Assembly (NCBI GenBank): GCA_951406725.2 | Contig: OX597833.1 | Coordinates: 22,134,001-22,198,000 of the forward strand | DNA: 64,000 bases | Origin: Octopus vulgaris | Taxonomy: Eukaryota | Direction: 5' to 3' | Shown here: piece by piece, positions 13,607 to 25,139 of the stretch | Numbering within the stretch: position 1 is the first letter of the stretch | Layout: every line of letters begins with the position of its first letter | Notes under the pieces: model-generated | Databases searched by the model: none | Told to the model about the DNA's origin: nothing | What the model saw: only the letters and a program-made list of their open reading frames with translations | Program-made: the position numbers and the translations under genes

Positions 13607-13732
13607 TCTTATACAAGAATGTTGTTGTCAGTGGCTTCAACATTTTGGCCAGGTAAGCCATCGTCAGACAGCCAATGATGGTTTCGCTGGTCGAAACTTC
13701 GAAGTTATAGTCAACAGCATTCTTGTATAAGA
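13607..13732. repeat. Imperfect inverted repeat made of two decayed hammerhead-like motifs
   Basis: Arms tcttatacaagaatgttgttg / caacagcattcttgtataaga. Minus strand: CTGACGA-t-GGCT tacct GGCC-aAAA. Plus strand: CcaATGA-t-GGTT tcgct GGTC-GAAAC. Confidence 0.65.
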
Positions 13733-13822
13733 GTAATAAAACTGTACATTGCAAAAGTATAGAATAACTGTGTAGATTAATGTAAAATTGTTTTTATTGT
13801 AACTGAACATAAAAGCAAATAT

Positions 13823-13825
<3 letters not shown>

Positions 13826-13886
<61 letters not shown>
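13826..13886. repeat. (TA)n microsatellite, left flank of the HHR element
   Basis: Direct reading. Confidence 0.97.
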
Positions 13887-13889
<3 letters not shown>

Positions 13890-14015
13890 AAAAAATAGAA
13901 ATAGCAGTCAAGAATGCTTATTTCTATCAAAGTGGGACTCCGGGCACGACAAACCCTGTAATTCACATATGCAAAACGGAAGGGATAGATAACGAAAACG
14001 AAGTCTGGTGGTTAT

Positions 14016-14128
14016 CTGTGAACATCATGTTTCTGGATTATAAACATATTGAATATATATTTCATATATATTTTTGATATATATTTCATATACATTGCAT
14101 ATATATTTCACATCCTTCTTCAGCACAG
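14016..14128 (-). ncRNA. Type I hammerhead ribozyme motif (variant core), copy 1
   Basis: Reverse complement of 14697-14809. Confidence 0.7.
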
Positions 14129-14387
14129 CTTTCCATTGAAATAGATTTATCATAGATTTATCAAATGCTACGTACCTCAAACCTTCTGACCATGCGACAT
14201 CAAAATATTTGAAGAAAGTGAGCAAAGGCTAAAATATATATGCAATGTATATGAAATATATATCAAAATATATATGAAATATATATTCAATATGTTTATA
14301 ATCCAGAAACATGATGTTCACAGATAACCACCAGACTTCGTTTTGCATATGTGAATTACAGAGTTTGTCGTGCCCGGAGTCCCACTT

Positions 14388-14437
<50 letters not shown>

Positions 14438-14696
14438 AAGTGGGACTCCGGGCACGACAAACTCTGTAATTCACATATGCAAAACGAAGTCTGGTGGTTA
14501 TCTGTGAACATCATGTTTCTGGATTATAAACATATTGAATATATATTTCATATATATTTTGATATATATTTCATATACATTGCATATATATTTTAGCCTT
14601 TGCTCACTTTCTTCAAATATTTTGATGTTGCATGGTCAGAAGGTTTGAGGTACGTAGCATTTGATAAATCTATGATAAATCTATTTCAATGGAAAG

Positions 14697-14809
14697 CTGT
14701 GCTGAAGAAGGATGTGAAATATATATGCAATGTATATGAAATATATATCAAAAATATATATGAAATATATATTCAATATGTTTATAATCCAGAAACATGA
14801 TGTTCACAG
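14697..14809 (+). ncRNA. Type I hammerhead ribozyme motif (variant core), copy 2
   Basis: Stem I ctgtg, core CTGAAGA, extra a, stem II GGAT...ATCC enclosing a long AT-rich insert, extra a, GAAA, stem III CA-tga-TG, then GTT (predicted cut after 14804) and cacag closing stem I. Confidence 0.7.
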
Positions 14810-15337
14810 ATAACCACCAGACTTCGTTTTCGTTATCTATCCCTTCCGTTTTGCATATGTGAATTACAGGGTTTGTCGTGCCCGGAGTCCCACTTTGATA
14901 GAAATAAGCATTCTTGACTGCTATTTCTATTTTTTCGGTATGCGGTCAAACAACCTGTTGCTTGTCCCTTTTTCTTATATACAATATATATACTGAACTT
15001 TACAGAAGTTCCTGCCGGTAATCGGCTATATTTACATACTGAATTCTACCAGTAAATAATTGTGGTTTTTAAAAACCTTTATAGAAATTATTTACTCTTA
15101 TTATTATATTACTAATTGGATTTTTCACTCCCTTACGACAACCAAATGGTTCCTACTCATATGGAACTATTTTTGTAGTGCGCATGGCAAAATTTTGGAG
15201 GGAAGTTTTACGAATTCAAACGTCTATGTAGGTTTAGCCTTTGCTCACTTTCTTCAAATATTTTGATGTCGCATGGTCAGAAGGTTTGAGGTACGTAGCA
15301 TTTGATAAATCTATGATAAATCTATTTCAATGGAAAG

Positions 15338-15450
15338 CTGTGCTGAAGAAGGATGTGAAATATATATGCAATGTATATGAAATATATATCAAAAATATAT
15401 ATGAAATATATATTCAATATGTTTATAATCCAGAAACATGATGTTCACAG
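15338..15450 (+). ncRNA. Type I hammerhead ribozyme motif (variant core), copy 3
   Basis: Identical to 14697-14809, exactly 641 nt downstream. Confidence 0.7.
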
Positions 15451-15741
15451 ATAACCACCAGACTTCGTTTTCGTTATCTATCCCTTCCGTTTTGCATATG
15501 TGAATTACAGGGTTTGTCGTGCCCGGAGTCCCACTTTGATAGAAATAAGCATTCTTGACTGCTATTTCTATTTTTTCGGTATGCGGTCAAACAACCTGTT
15601 GCTTGTCCCTTTTTCTTATATACAATATATATACTGAACTTTACAGAAGTTCCTGCCGGTAATCGGCTATATTTACATACCGAATTCTACCAGTAAATAA
15701 TTGTGGTTTTTTTAAAAACCTTTATAGAAATTATTTACTCT

Positions 15742-15797
<56 letters not shown>

Positions 15798-16629
15798 TGA
15801 TGTTTGCTTACATATATACATACGTACACACACACACACTCTTTCCGTCTGTCTGTCACCTTCTCTCTTTCTCTCTCTAACTTATAGCAGAAGATACATG
15901 CTTCAGATAGTATTGTTTCTTTTCTTGTTTCTATTGTCTTGCTTCTTACTCTATTTTGATGAAGTGTTCACCCCAAAACGTCACTTTACTTCTTTGCCTT
16001 TCTCACATTTTTTTTTCAGCATTCTATTTACTGTGCACAACTTTCAGTGTTTGTTTTTTTTCCTTTTTTGTGAGTTGACATTTTATCCATCACTTATCAA
16101 ATTTATCTCAATTTGTTGTAACTTCTTGTGTTGTCCAACTGCTCATCTCTTATTCCCCCTATTCCATTAATGCTACTTCACCTACACTCACACACACACA
16201 CACACACATGCTTCACGTCCACTTTCCATGCTGGCATGGGTTAGATGGTTTGAGATGGAGCTGGCTAGCAAGGAGCTGTCCAGACTCCAGCTGTCTGTTG
16301 ACACATGGTTTCTATGGCTGGATACCTTTCCTAATGTTAACCAATTAACAGAGTATGCTGGGTAATTTTTACATGCCACTGGCATGGGTGGAAAGTAGAC
16401 ATTAAATGATATTGATGATGATGATGATGATGAACAATAACTGTTTGATAACATTGTGTATGATTATAATAAGCAGTCCAAATTCTGTATGTGTGTATGT
16501 GTGTGTGTTTGTATGTGCATGCATGTGTGTGTGTTTGTACATATTTGGGTCTGGCTGGAACTTTACCTTACAAAACAATGTGAGATCAGTGAAGGAGTAA
16601 AGTTCCAATTGTTAAATACGATCTGTTCA

Positions 16630-17515
16630 CCCACCATCAAACCCTCACTGCTGCCACCACCACCATTACCACCACCACCACCACCACCACCACCACCACC
16701 ACCACTACCACCACTCAACCATCATTGTTGCTATTATTAGTACCACCAACAGCATTCTTATTGTGACTACTACAACTACTACTTCCACAACTATCACAAT
16801 ATTCTCTCCACCAAAACACAATTGATAACAAGAAGGCAATGGAAGCCCTTAGAAGATCACAAGAGTTGCTAAAAATAGCAGTTGCCTCTGTGCAATCACA
16901 TTCACATTCTCTTAATAAAGGACAGGAAAGAGACACATTTGGTAATGCAGTACTAAAGATGGAATGGTCATGGCTGGAATGGAATGTCTTTGGCTATAGG
17001 TTTGCTTAAGGGAGCAAGCTGAAGAACAGCAACAACACAGAAGCATAAAAGCCACTACATCAACCAACTCAGGGTCTTAATCAACAAACTCAAGAACAAT
17101 GTCACCACCACCACCACCACCACCCCTACTACAGCCGCCACAGCTGCCACCACCACCACCACTGCCGCTGCTGCCACCACCACCCTACTACTACTACTAC
17201 CACCAACTTCAATCACCTCTACTAGCACCACTGCTATCACCACTTCTACTACCACTGTCACCAACACTTGCAAACACCTCTACCACAACAACTCACACTC
17301 TTAATTAACCACTACCACTATCACAACCAACATCCATCACCACCACAACCACCACCATCACCACCACCACCACCACCACCACACCACCATAACAACAACA
17401 ACAACAACCATCACCACCACTACCACTACCACCCTCAATTAACCACCACTACCACAATTAACCACCACTCCCATCAGCACCACCACCGCTACAACCACTG
17501 CTACCGCCATCACTA
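16630..17515. repeat. (CAC)/(TAC)/(CAA) trinucleotide low-complexity tracts
   Basis: Direct reading; source of the poly-P, poly-H and poly-V pseudo-ORFs. Confidence 0.9.
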
Positions 17516-17696
17516 TATACCGAATTGATTATTATATTATATAAAGATGTCTTTGATTCTAATTCTGTAGAACCATTTACCTTGTTCAAAGATCTTAATC
17601 AGGTAACTCTGATACACTTTCCTTGACTCTGCCATAATTAATGGATCATTTCTAGCACAGAAACACGTATAGCCTTCTTTATAATCTTTGTCCCTC

Positions 17697-17791
<95 letters not shown>

Positions 17792-18253
17792 TATAATGCT
17801 TTACACCTTTGTCTTTCTTGTTCTGTGTATATTGCTTCTTCACTCCTCTCAACATCTCTCTCTTTCTCTCACTCTCTCATTTTCTACCTCTATGTCTCTT
17901 TCTCTCTCTTTCTCTCCCTTGATCTCTTTCATGACAATAATTTCCATAATCTTCTTTTGTCTCAAAGAAAAACAACAACAACAACAACAAAAAACAAAAT
18001 AAAAATGAAAAAAGAAAAAAGGCAAAAAAAATATACATACACACACACACAAAAAAAAACTATAAATAATGCTACAAATATAAAACAAACATCCAATCAT
18101 ATTTATAATGACTCCATCATTAATTCTACCCCTGCATCTACCCACCTCCAACATCCATCAATCACCACCCCACCCACCCTTGTAAGACATCTTAAGAGCA
18201 AAGATGTATTTTTAAAAAATGAAATAAAAAAAATGTAATGAAAATAATTAAAA

Positions 18254-18302
<49 letters not shown>

Positions 18303-19429
18303 AGATTTTGTTATGGGTAATTACAAAAGAAAATCACAACCTGCATGCACACACACACACATATGCATCCATATATGTATATATGTATACACAGGCACAC
18401 ATGTGAACACATGCACATATGCACGCATGTACACACATGCATATACACATATATGTGCACACACACAGCTAACCCAACTCCATTTTTGAGTGTAAACCAA
18501 AGATACATTCATTAACTTAAAGCAAACAAATAAATAACCAAACGAAGACAATTTATTTCCAAGGAAATTAATAATACATGCTCAACTATTCACGAGATAC
18601 TTCATTATTTTATAGCTCCTCCCACCCACCACCCTTTCTTTCTTTCTTTCTTTTTTTCTACACCCACCCCAACCACCACTGCCACCATCACCACCATCAC
18701 CACCATCACCACCTCTCTCTTCAAGTCATGTAACATGTACAAAATGAATTAAAAACCTGTGAGAGAGCAGTCAATAGAAGAAGGCCTTCCAAGACCTTCT
18801 GTGCAGTTGCACGAAATAGCAGCCAAATCGTCCTCAAATCTCATTCTGCTATTGTTTACCTTTTGCCTTTTACTTTTCTGATTGTTTCAGTCATTGGACT
18901 GTGGCCATACTGTGGCACCACCTTCAACGATTTATTCGAACAAATCAAAGCCCAGTATTTAAGTCTAGTACATATTTTATTGGTCTCTTTTGCCGAACTG
19001 CTACATTACCGGGATGTAAATGAACTAAGAGCAGTTGTCAAGTAGTGGTGGGAGACAAACTCAAACACACATGCATGCAAATACATACATACATACATGC
19101 ATATTTATTAAAGGTGTGAAGACACATGGTTTGGTGGTTAAAGGTGTCTGGCTTACAATCATAAAGTCATTAAAGTCGTGAGTTCAATACCTAAAGGCAA
19201 GTTGTGTCCTTGAGCAAGACACTTTATTTCATGTTGCACCAGATCACTCAGCTGAGAAAAATGAGTAGTACCTGTATTTCAAAGTGCCAGCCTTATCACA
19301 TTCCGTGCCACGCTGAATCTCCCTGAGAACTTCGTTAAGGGTTTGCATGTCTGAGGAGTACTCAGCCATTTTCATATTAATTTCATGAGCAAGCTGTTCA
19401 ACTGAAATCTCCATCATCATAACTGACAG

Positions 19430-19790
19430 AGTGCTTGTTGTTGCTGGCTCCAGCTGACAGTACCTGGTATGGGCCCCTATCCAGGGTTACAGAAAGGAGA
19501 CAACCTTGAAAGAAATCCAGAGTGGAGCCCCATAGGCGGTTTAGTGTTTGACCTGACACTCTTCCGGCAGCTCCTGCAACCAAGCTGGTGCCACACGTAA
19601 TGCTCTGCATTCCTTTGGACTACATCAGCAAGGTTGAGAGAGGAATCCTGACGATTGGGCTGCCCAGAATTTTCTTACATCTAGCCCAGGCCTGTGCAAG
19701 ACTGGAGAGGAAAATGGAGAGGACATGAAATGTAAAAACCAGACTGGATTAGTTTATGCTCAACTCCATTATCTCCCGAGACAAAAAGAT
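19430..19790 (+). mobile_element. Probable RTE-type LINE 5' UTR fragment
   Basis: GC-richer island with aaatccagagtggagcccc...cggcagctcctgcaaccaagctggtgcc. A related island lies at 58480-58880. Family assignment is from recalled similarity only. Confidence 0.4.
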
Positions 19791-19792
19791 GC

Positions 19793-19852
<60 letters not shown>

Positions 19853-20229
19853 AAAAGAGAGAGAGAGAGAGAGAGAGGAAAACTGTAATTGTCACTAATT
19901 GTGATTGAGGGTGCCAAAGTACTTGTAGTGTAAGAAATAAGAGTTAGAAACTCTTAATGCTGTATTCTTTTATTCTTTTACTTGTTTCAGTCATTTGACT
20001 GCAGCCATGCTGGAGCACTGCCTTTAGTTGAGCAAATTGACCCCAGGACTTATTCTTTGTAAGCCTAGTACTTATTCTATTGGTCTCTTTGGCAGAACCG
20101 CTAAGTTACAGGGACGCAAACACACCAGCATCGGTTGTCAAGCGATGTTGGGGGGACAAACACAGACACACAAACACATACACACACATACATATATATA
20201 TACAATTAGTTATATAATAAGAGTAAACA

Positions 20230-20765
20230 ATAGCTTTAATAGTTTTTAAAAAACCAACAATTATTTACTGGTAGATTTTGGCATGTAAATATAACCATTA
20301 ATGGTAGGAACTTCTATAAAGTTCAGTATATATATTGTATATAAATAAAAGAGGCAGGCAACAGGTTGCTTAGCCACATACCGAAAAAATTAGAAATAGC
20401 AGTCAGAGACTGTTTATTTCTATTTTCTACAAATAAGACTCCACATATGACATATCCCTGTAATTCGCCTGATCGAGAAGTGGAGGTACGTAGCATTTGA
20501 TAAATCTATTTTAGTGGAAGTTTACGCTGACGAAGGACATGGAATTGATATTTTATTATATTCCTAATCCAGAAACGCGTTCGTAAATAACTGTTAGACT
20601 TTGTTTTCGTTTTTTCTTCTTTCTGTTTTGCATATGTGAATTACAGGGATATGTCGTATGTGGAGTCTTATTTGTAGAAAATAGAAATAAACAGTCTTTG
20701 ACTGCTATTTCTAATTTTTTCGGTATGTGGCTAAGCAACCTGTTGCCTGCCTTTTTTATTTATAT
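20230..20765 (+). mobile_element. Diverged member of the HHR element family with inverted arms, inserted in the microsatellite of a family A SINE
   Basis: Arms of about 130 bp (about 20340-20467 and 20635-20765) are reverse complements. The sequence is homologous to 14650-15095 (gaggtacgtagcatttgataaatctat, gttttgcatatgtgaattacaggg, ttgactgctatttcta, ttttttcggtatg, caacctgttgc). Confidence 0.85.
20521..20587 (+). ncRNA. Type I hammerhead ribozyme motif with palindromic stem III
   Basis: tttacg-CTGACGA-a-GGA..GGAAT..ATTCC..TCC-a-GAAA-CGCG-TT-cgtaaa. Stem I is tttacg/cgtaaa and AACGCGTT is self-complementary. Confidence 0.75.
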
Positions 20766-21214
20766 ATATATACATATATATGACGGGCTTCTTTCAGTTT
20801 CTGTCTACCAAATCCACTCACAAGGCACTGGTTGGACTGAGGCTATAGTAGAAGACACTTGCAAAGTGAGGCCTTTTTTCTTCACCTCTTCCACATGCGC
20901 GTGGCTTAGTGGTTGGGACATTCGGCTCACGATTGTAAGGTCGTGAGTTCAATTCTCGGTGACGTGTTGTATCCTTGAGTAAGACACTTTATTTCACATT
21001 ACTCCAGTCCACTCAGCTGGCAAAAATGAGTTGTACCTGTATTTCAAAGGGTCGGCCTTATCACACTGCGTCATGCTGAATATCCCTGAGAACTACGTTA
21101 GGGATACACGTGTCTGTGGATTGCTCAATCACTTGCATGTTAATTTCATGAGCAGGCTGTTCCATTGATCGTATCAGCAGGGACCCTCATCATCGTAACC
21201 GACGGAGTGCTCCT

Positions 21215-21865
21215 TCTTCCACATCTACTAAACGTTTTCCTTTAAGAGCTTTTTCCATTCAGAAGAACAAACATGTCACAGGGAGCAATATCAGATGAAT
21301 AGGGAGGGTAGGTAAGTGAGGTCATGCCATTTTTAGTCAAAAATTGTTTCACACTCAAGGTAGTGTTCACACCACCATTTTCCATTTTGCCACAGGTAAG
21401 GGTGTTTCCATCTCGCTGCATCTCACAAATGCTTCAGAACTGCCAAGTAAAATGCCTGGTTAACAGTTTGACCATGAGGAACAAATTCTATGTGGACAAT
21501 TCCTTTTGCATTGATGAAACAAATCAGCATCGTCCTGACACTGGACTTTACTTCGTGTGCTTGTTTTGGGGGCATTTTGCTTCCATTGACTTGACTGCTG
21601 CTTCATTTCCAGGTCATAACCATAGCATCAGCTTTTGTCACTAGTGATGACCTTCAAATAAAAGGTCCAGATCAACTTCCAAATGTTCTTTCAGTTCACG
21701 ACACACATTCACTCATGACTGCTTTTGATCTTCTTTGAGCAAGCAAGGCACAAGTTTTGCTGCAACAGTCTTTGTTCGCAATTCCTTGCTCAAAATTTGT
21801 TGGCAGGAGTTCCAGGACACACCAGTCATATCAACAAGTTTATCAATTGTTCAGCATCACCACTA
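21215..21865 (-). mobile_element. Mariner transposase relic
   Basis: Minus strand gives KVITSDKS*CYGYDLEMKQQSSQWK (TGDExWxYGYDPETKQQSSQW motif) and YPPYSSDIAPCDMF (YSPDLAP.D motif). Confidence 0.85.
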
Positions 21866-21866
21866 G

Positions 21867-21908
<42 letters not shown>

Positions 21909-23035
21909 GGTGAGGATGCATAGCTTAGTGGTTGTGCTGTTCAACTCATGATTACTAGATCATGATTTCTGTGTGGTGTGTTGTGTTCTTGAGCAAAACG
22001 CTTCATCTCACATTACTTTGCAATCACTTCAACACCCAACATGTGGTATGCAGTGCACCTGTTCAGACAACGTCAATTTGATGGAGGGAGTGAGTTAATG
22101 TGCAGCACATACATTTGATCACTATGAACAAATCATTTGTGCAGGTCATTCAGCAAAAGCTGAACACTCATATGTCATCTTTGATGAGAGGGTCCATCAT
22201 TATTAAGATGGGGAGCTGGCATAAATGATAGCAAGCCGAGCAAAATGCTTAGTGGCATTTCATACATATTTACATTCCGAGTTCAAATTCTGCTGGGGTT
22301 GATTTTGTCTTTCAGCCTTTCAGGGTCAATAAAATAAGTACCAGTTGAGTACTAGGGTCAGTGTAGTTGACTTAGCCTCTCCTCCAAAATTGTACACCAT
22401 CGATCTCACTCTCTCCTCTGTGACCATCTTTGATCCAGTTGCAAGACCAGGTCAAGACAACTGAGGATGGAGATAGATGCAGTGGATGACCAAAATGTCT
22501 TTACTTGCTTCATCTTACACTCTGAATTCCACAATGCATTACTGCAGCCACCTTCTCACCACTGAACTATAAAGGTTTCTTCCACAGAGTTTGTTGGATC
22601 CAGTCTTCACATGCATAGGGAAGCCATAACTCTAACTCATTTCATACGCAGAAATTCACATGCATAGGGAAGCCCTCATGGTCTGACTTATTTCATACAC
22701 AGAAATGAAAGTCTGACAGATCAATTTTGCTTTCTGTCATAGACAAAAATGAAAACCTGATAGATGAGTCCCATCCTCTTTCATACACATGAATTCAGGA
22801 CTGAGAGATCAGTTCTGTCTTCTTCTACAGAAATCTTTATCCAGTAGATAAATCCATTTTGTCTGATGAAGCTTAAAGGCTTCTCTTATTAGTTGTTAAT
22901 GTCCAAACCCTTCCATGGAACTGAATAAGCTGAAAGTGTCTAATTCTTTCCATGGATTAAGTGATGAGGAAAAACAAATTCTCAAATCTATCCTGATCAA
23001 AAAAAACTTATGGATTTTGATCCTTCATCTTGAAC

Positions 23036-23276
23036 AGTGATTCTCAATGGGGGTCCATATGGCCCTTGGGGATCCATATAAGATTTTCTTGTCAAAATTT
23101 ATTTACAATAAATTCGTTTTACATTTACAATACACCAAATATTTTTTATACAATTCCTAATATCTAATTATATAAATATAAATAGGATATTTTAAACCTT
23201 GAATGGCTATGGGAGTACATTCATGTAAAATAGGAATCAAAGGGATCCACAGGCAAAGAATGGTTGAGAACTACTG
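23036..23276. mobile_element. hAT-like MITE
   Basis: TIRs cagtgattctcaa / ttgagaactactg. Related copies at about 30100-30468 (SINE inserted) and 49481-49880 (opposite orientation). Confidence 0.65.
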
Positions 23277-25139
23277 ATCATCACTAGCAATTGTGTTCAA
23301 ATTGGTGGCTTAGTCTTTTGATTTTCAATGAATGTACCACTATAAATAATAATGGTTTGATATCTACATTCCCCGTACAACCTTGAGCGAAATACATTGG
23401 CAATGGTTTTTTAAATACTTTCAAAGCTGGCCTTGATAGGATTCAAACTCACAGAATAAAGGAATGTAATAAAACATTGCAAAATATTTTGTGCGATGTG
23501 TAATGATTCTGCCTCCCAACTGTCGTTTGAAGAAGAAATAAAATTTAATGAATCCATCATATGCATGGAGAACAGTAAGATTCAAAACGGTGGCTTGCAT
23601 ATTCATTCTTAATATGTTTCAACATATTCAAATATGAATATGATAATCACTGTTGTGATTGTCACCGGAGAACAGTTTCTCCTTTATGATGAATATGTGT
23701 TCATAACACACTTGATTCATTAGTATAAGAGATTCAAGGACAGCCAGTGTTTTGATGGTGTCATGTTTCATCAGCCAGAAGCATCCCCAGATCAACAAAT
23801 CTAACAAGAGTTGATTGTCTTGTTTATAATTTCAGCAAACAAACTGATCATTGATCAGCAAGTTGTTGAAATAAAATTTATTTTTAAGATAGAGGCAAGG
23901 TCACATATGTGGCCGGGTGAGAGGACAATCAATTACATCATGCTCAGTATTTGATTGGGATTTAATTTTATCAAATTCAAAGGGATAAAATGCAAAGCAG
24001 AATGAAACAACTAAATACCACAAAGTATTTGACTAACACTCTGCAAACTGTGCCAATCCACCATCCTTGCATTTCTTCTTTTTTTATCTCTTAGAAGGGA
24101 AGGGCAGTGACTATGACCCTTTACAGGGCCTCTGAGACAGGTGGAAAGGAAGGAGGAAGGTATTCTCAAATGGGAGACCAGACCAGAATGCTTGCAACAG
24201 AGTGAAGTTCACTAAAAGCACCCAAGGTGCTAAATGGTAGTGTTGAACTGGGAAATGGACTAAATCTACCACCCATGTAGGCGCTGGCAGGATTTGAACT
24301 CAGAATGTAAAGAGCTGTAGTACTGCCTTTATCAGCAATGTTGACCTTGGAGGAATTTGAACTCAGAAAGCAAGTTGCATGCATGTCCAACACTCTAACA
24401 ACTGTACTAATTAACGACCCATTATTTCATGGTGTGATAATGGTGATGTCTAACTGTAGTCCAACTGTTATGGGAGAATCCTGTACACCACCACGTGACT
24501 GGAAGTTGACAAATGGATTCCAATAAATAAAGAACTGTGTGAACTGTCAGAGGTAGTTGATCGTGTTAATGATATGTGTTGGGTTAATATCGTACATGTG
24601 TTCAAGTAGTATGGAGTGCATTCTGTGTGAACATAATAATTCTGTGATAGGTTATTTTAGATAACCACATCCAAATATTAATTTGAGTAATACTATTTTA
24701 CTCCTACGTGTACACGTACATCATAACACCAATGATGGAGAGTACAGCTAACAAAATCAATTATTTTATTAGCCATGGAAGGATGAAAAGCAGAACTGAC
24801 CTCAACAGGATTTTAACTTACACAATAAAAATCCACAACTAAATACCACAAGGTATTTTATATTCAATGTTCTAAAGATTTTGTCAATCTACAGTACTTT
24901 TATGATAATACTGATTTCAAATTTTGGCACAAGACTATCAAGTCCAAGGGAGGGGGTAAGTTGATTAGATCTCTCCTCCAATGCTCAACTGGTACTTACT
25001 TTAGCAACCCAGGAAGGATGAAAAGCAAAGTGGACCTCAGCAGAATTTGAACTCAGAAAGTAAAGATGGACAAAATGCCGTTAATCATTTTACCTGGTGT
25101 ACTAACTATTCTACCAGCTTGCAACCTTACTTCTATGAT

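Larger units (their letters stand above)
13889..15745. mobile_element. Non-coding hammerhead-bearing element cluster (retrozyme-like / non-autonomous Penelope-like): inverted plus tandem copies
   Basis: Layout: unit on minus (13889-14233), short plus copy (14231-14391), (TA)n, short minus copy (14434-14594), plus unit (14592-15106), 126-bp spacer, plus unit (15233-15745). Copies are near-identical and there is no credible ORF. Confidence 0.8.

Noticed and set aside
14025-15441. Identical 66-aa and 81-aa ORFs repeated on both strands, suggesting a small gene family
   Set aside because: By-products of the palindrome and tandem duplication. They have non-ATG starts, low complexity, and are not preserved in the diverged copy at 20.5 kb.
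17537-17690. Short minus-strand frame (..SRKVYQSYLIKIF..) as an exon or GIY-YIG fragment
   Set aside because: Preceded by a purine (GA)n tract rather than an acceptor, and the motif match is too weak.
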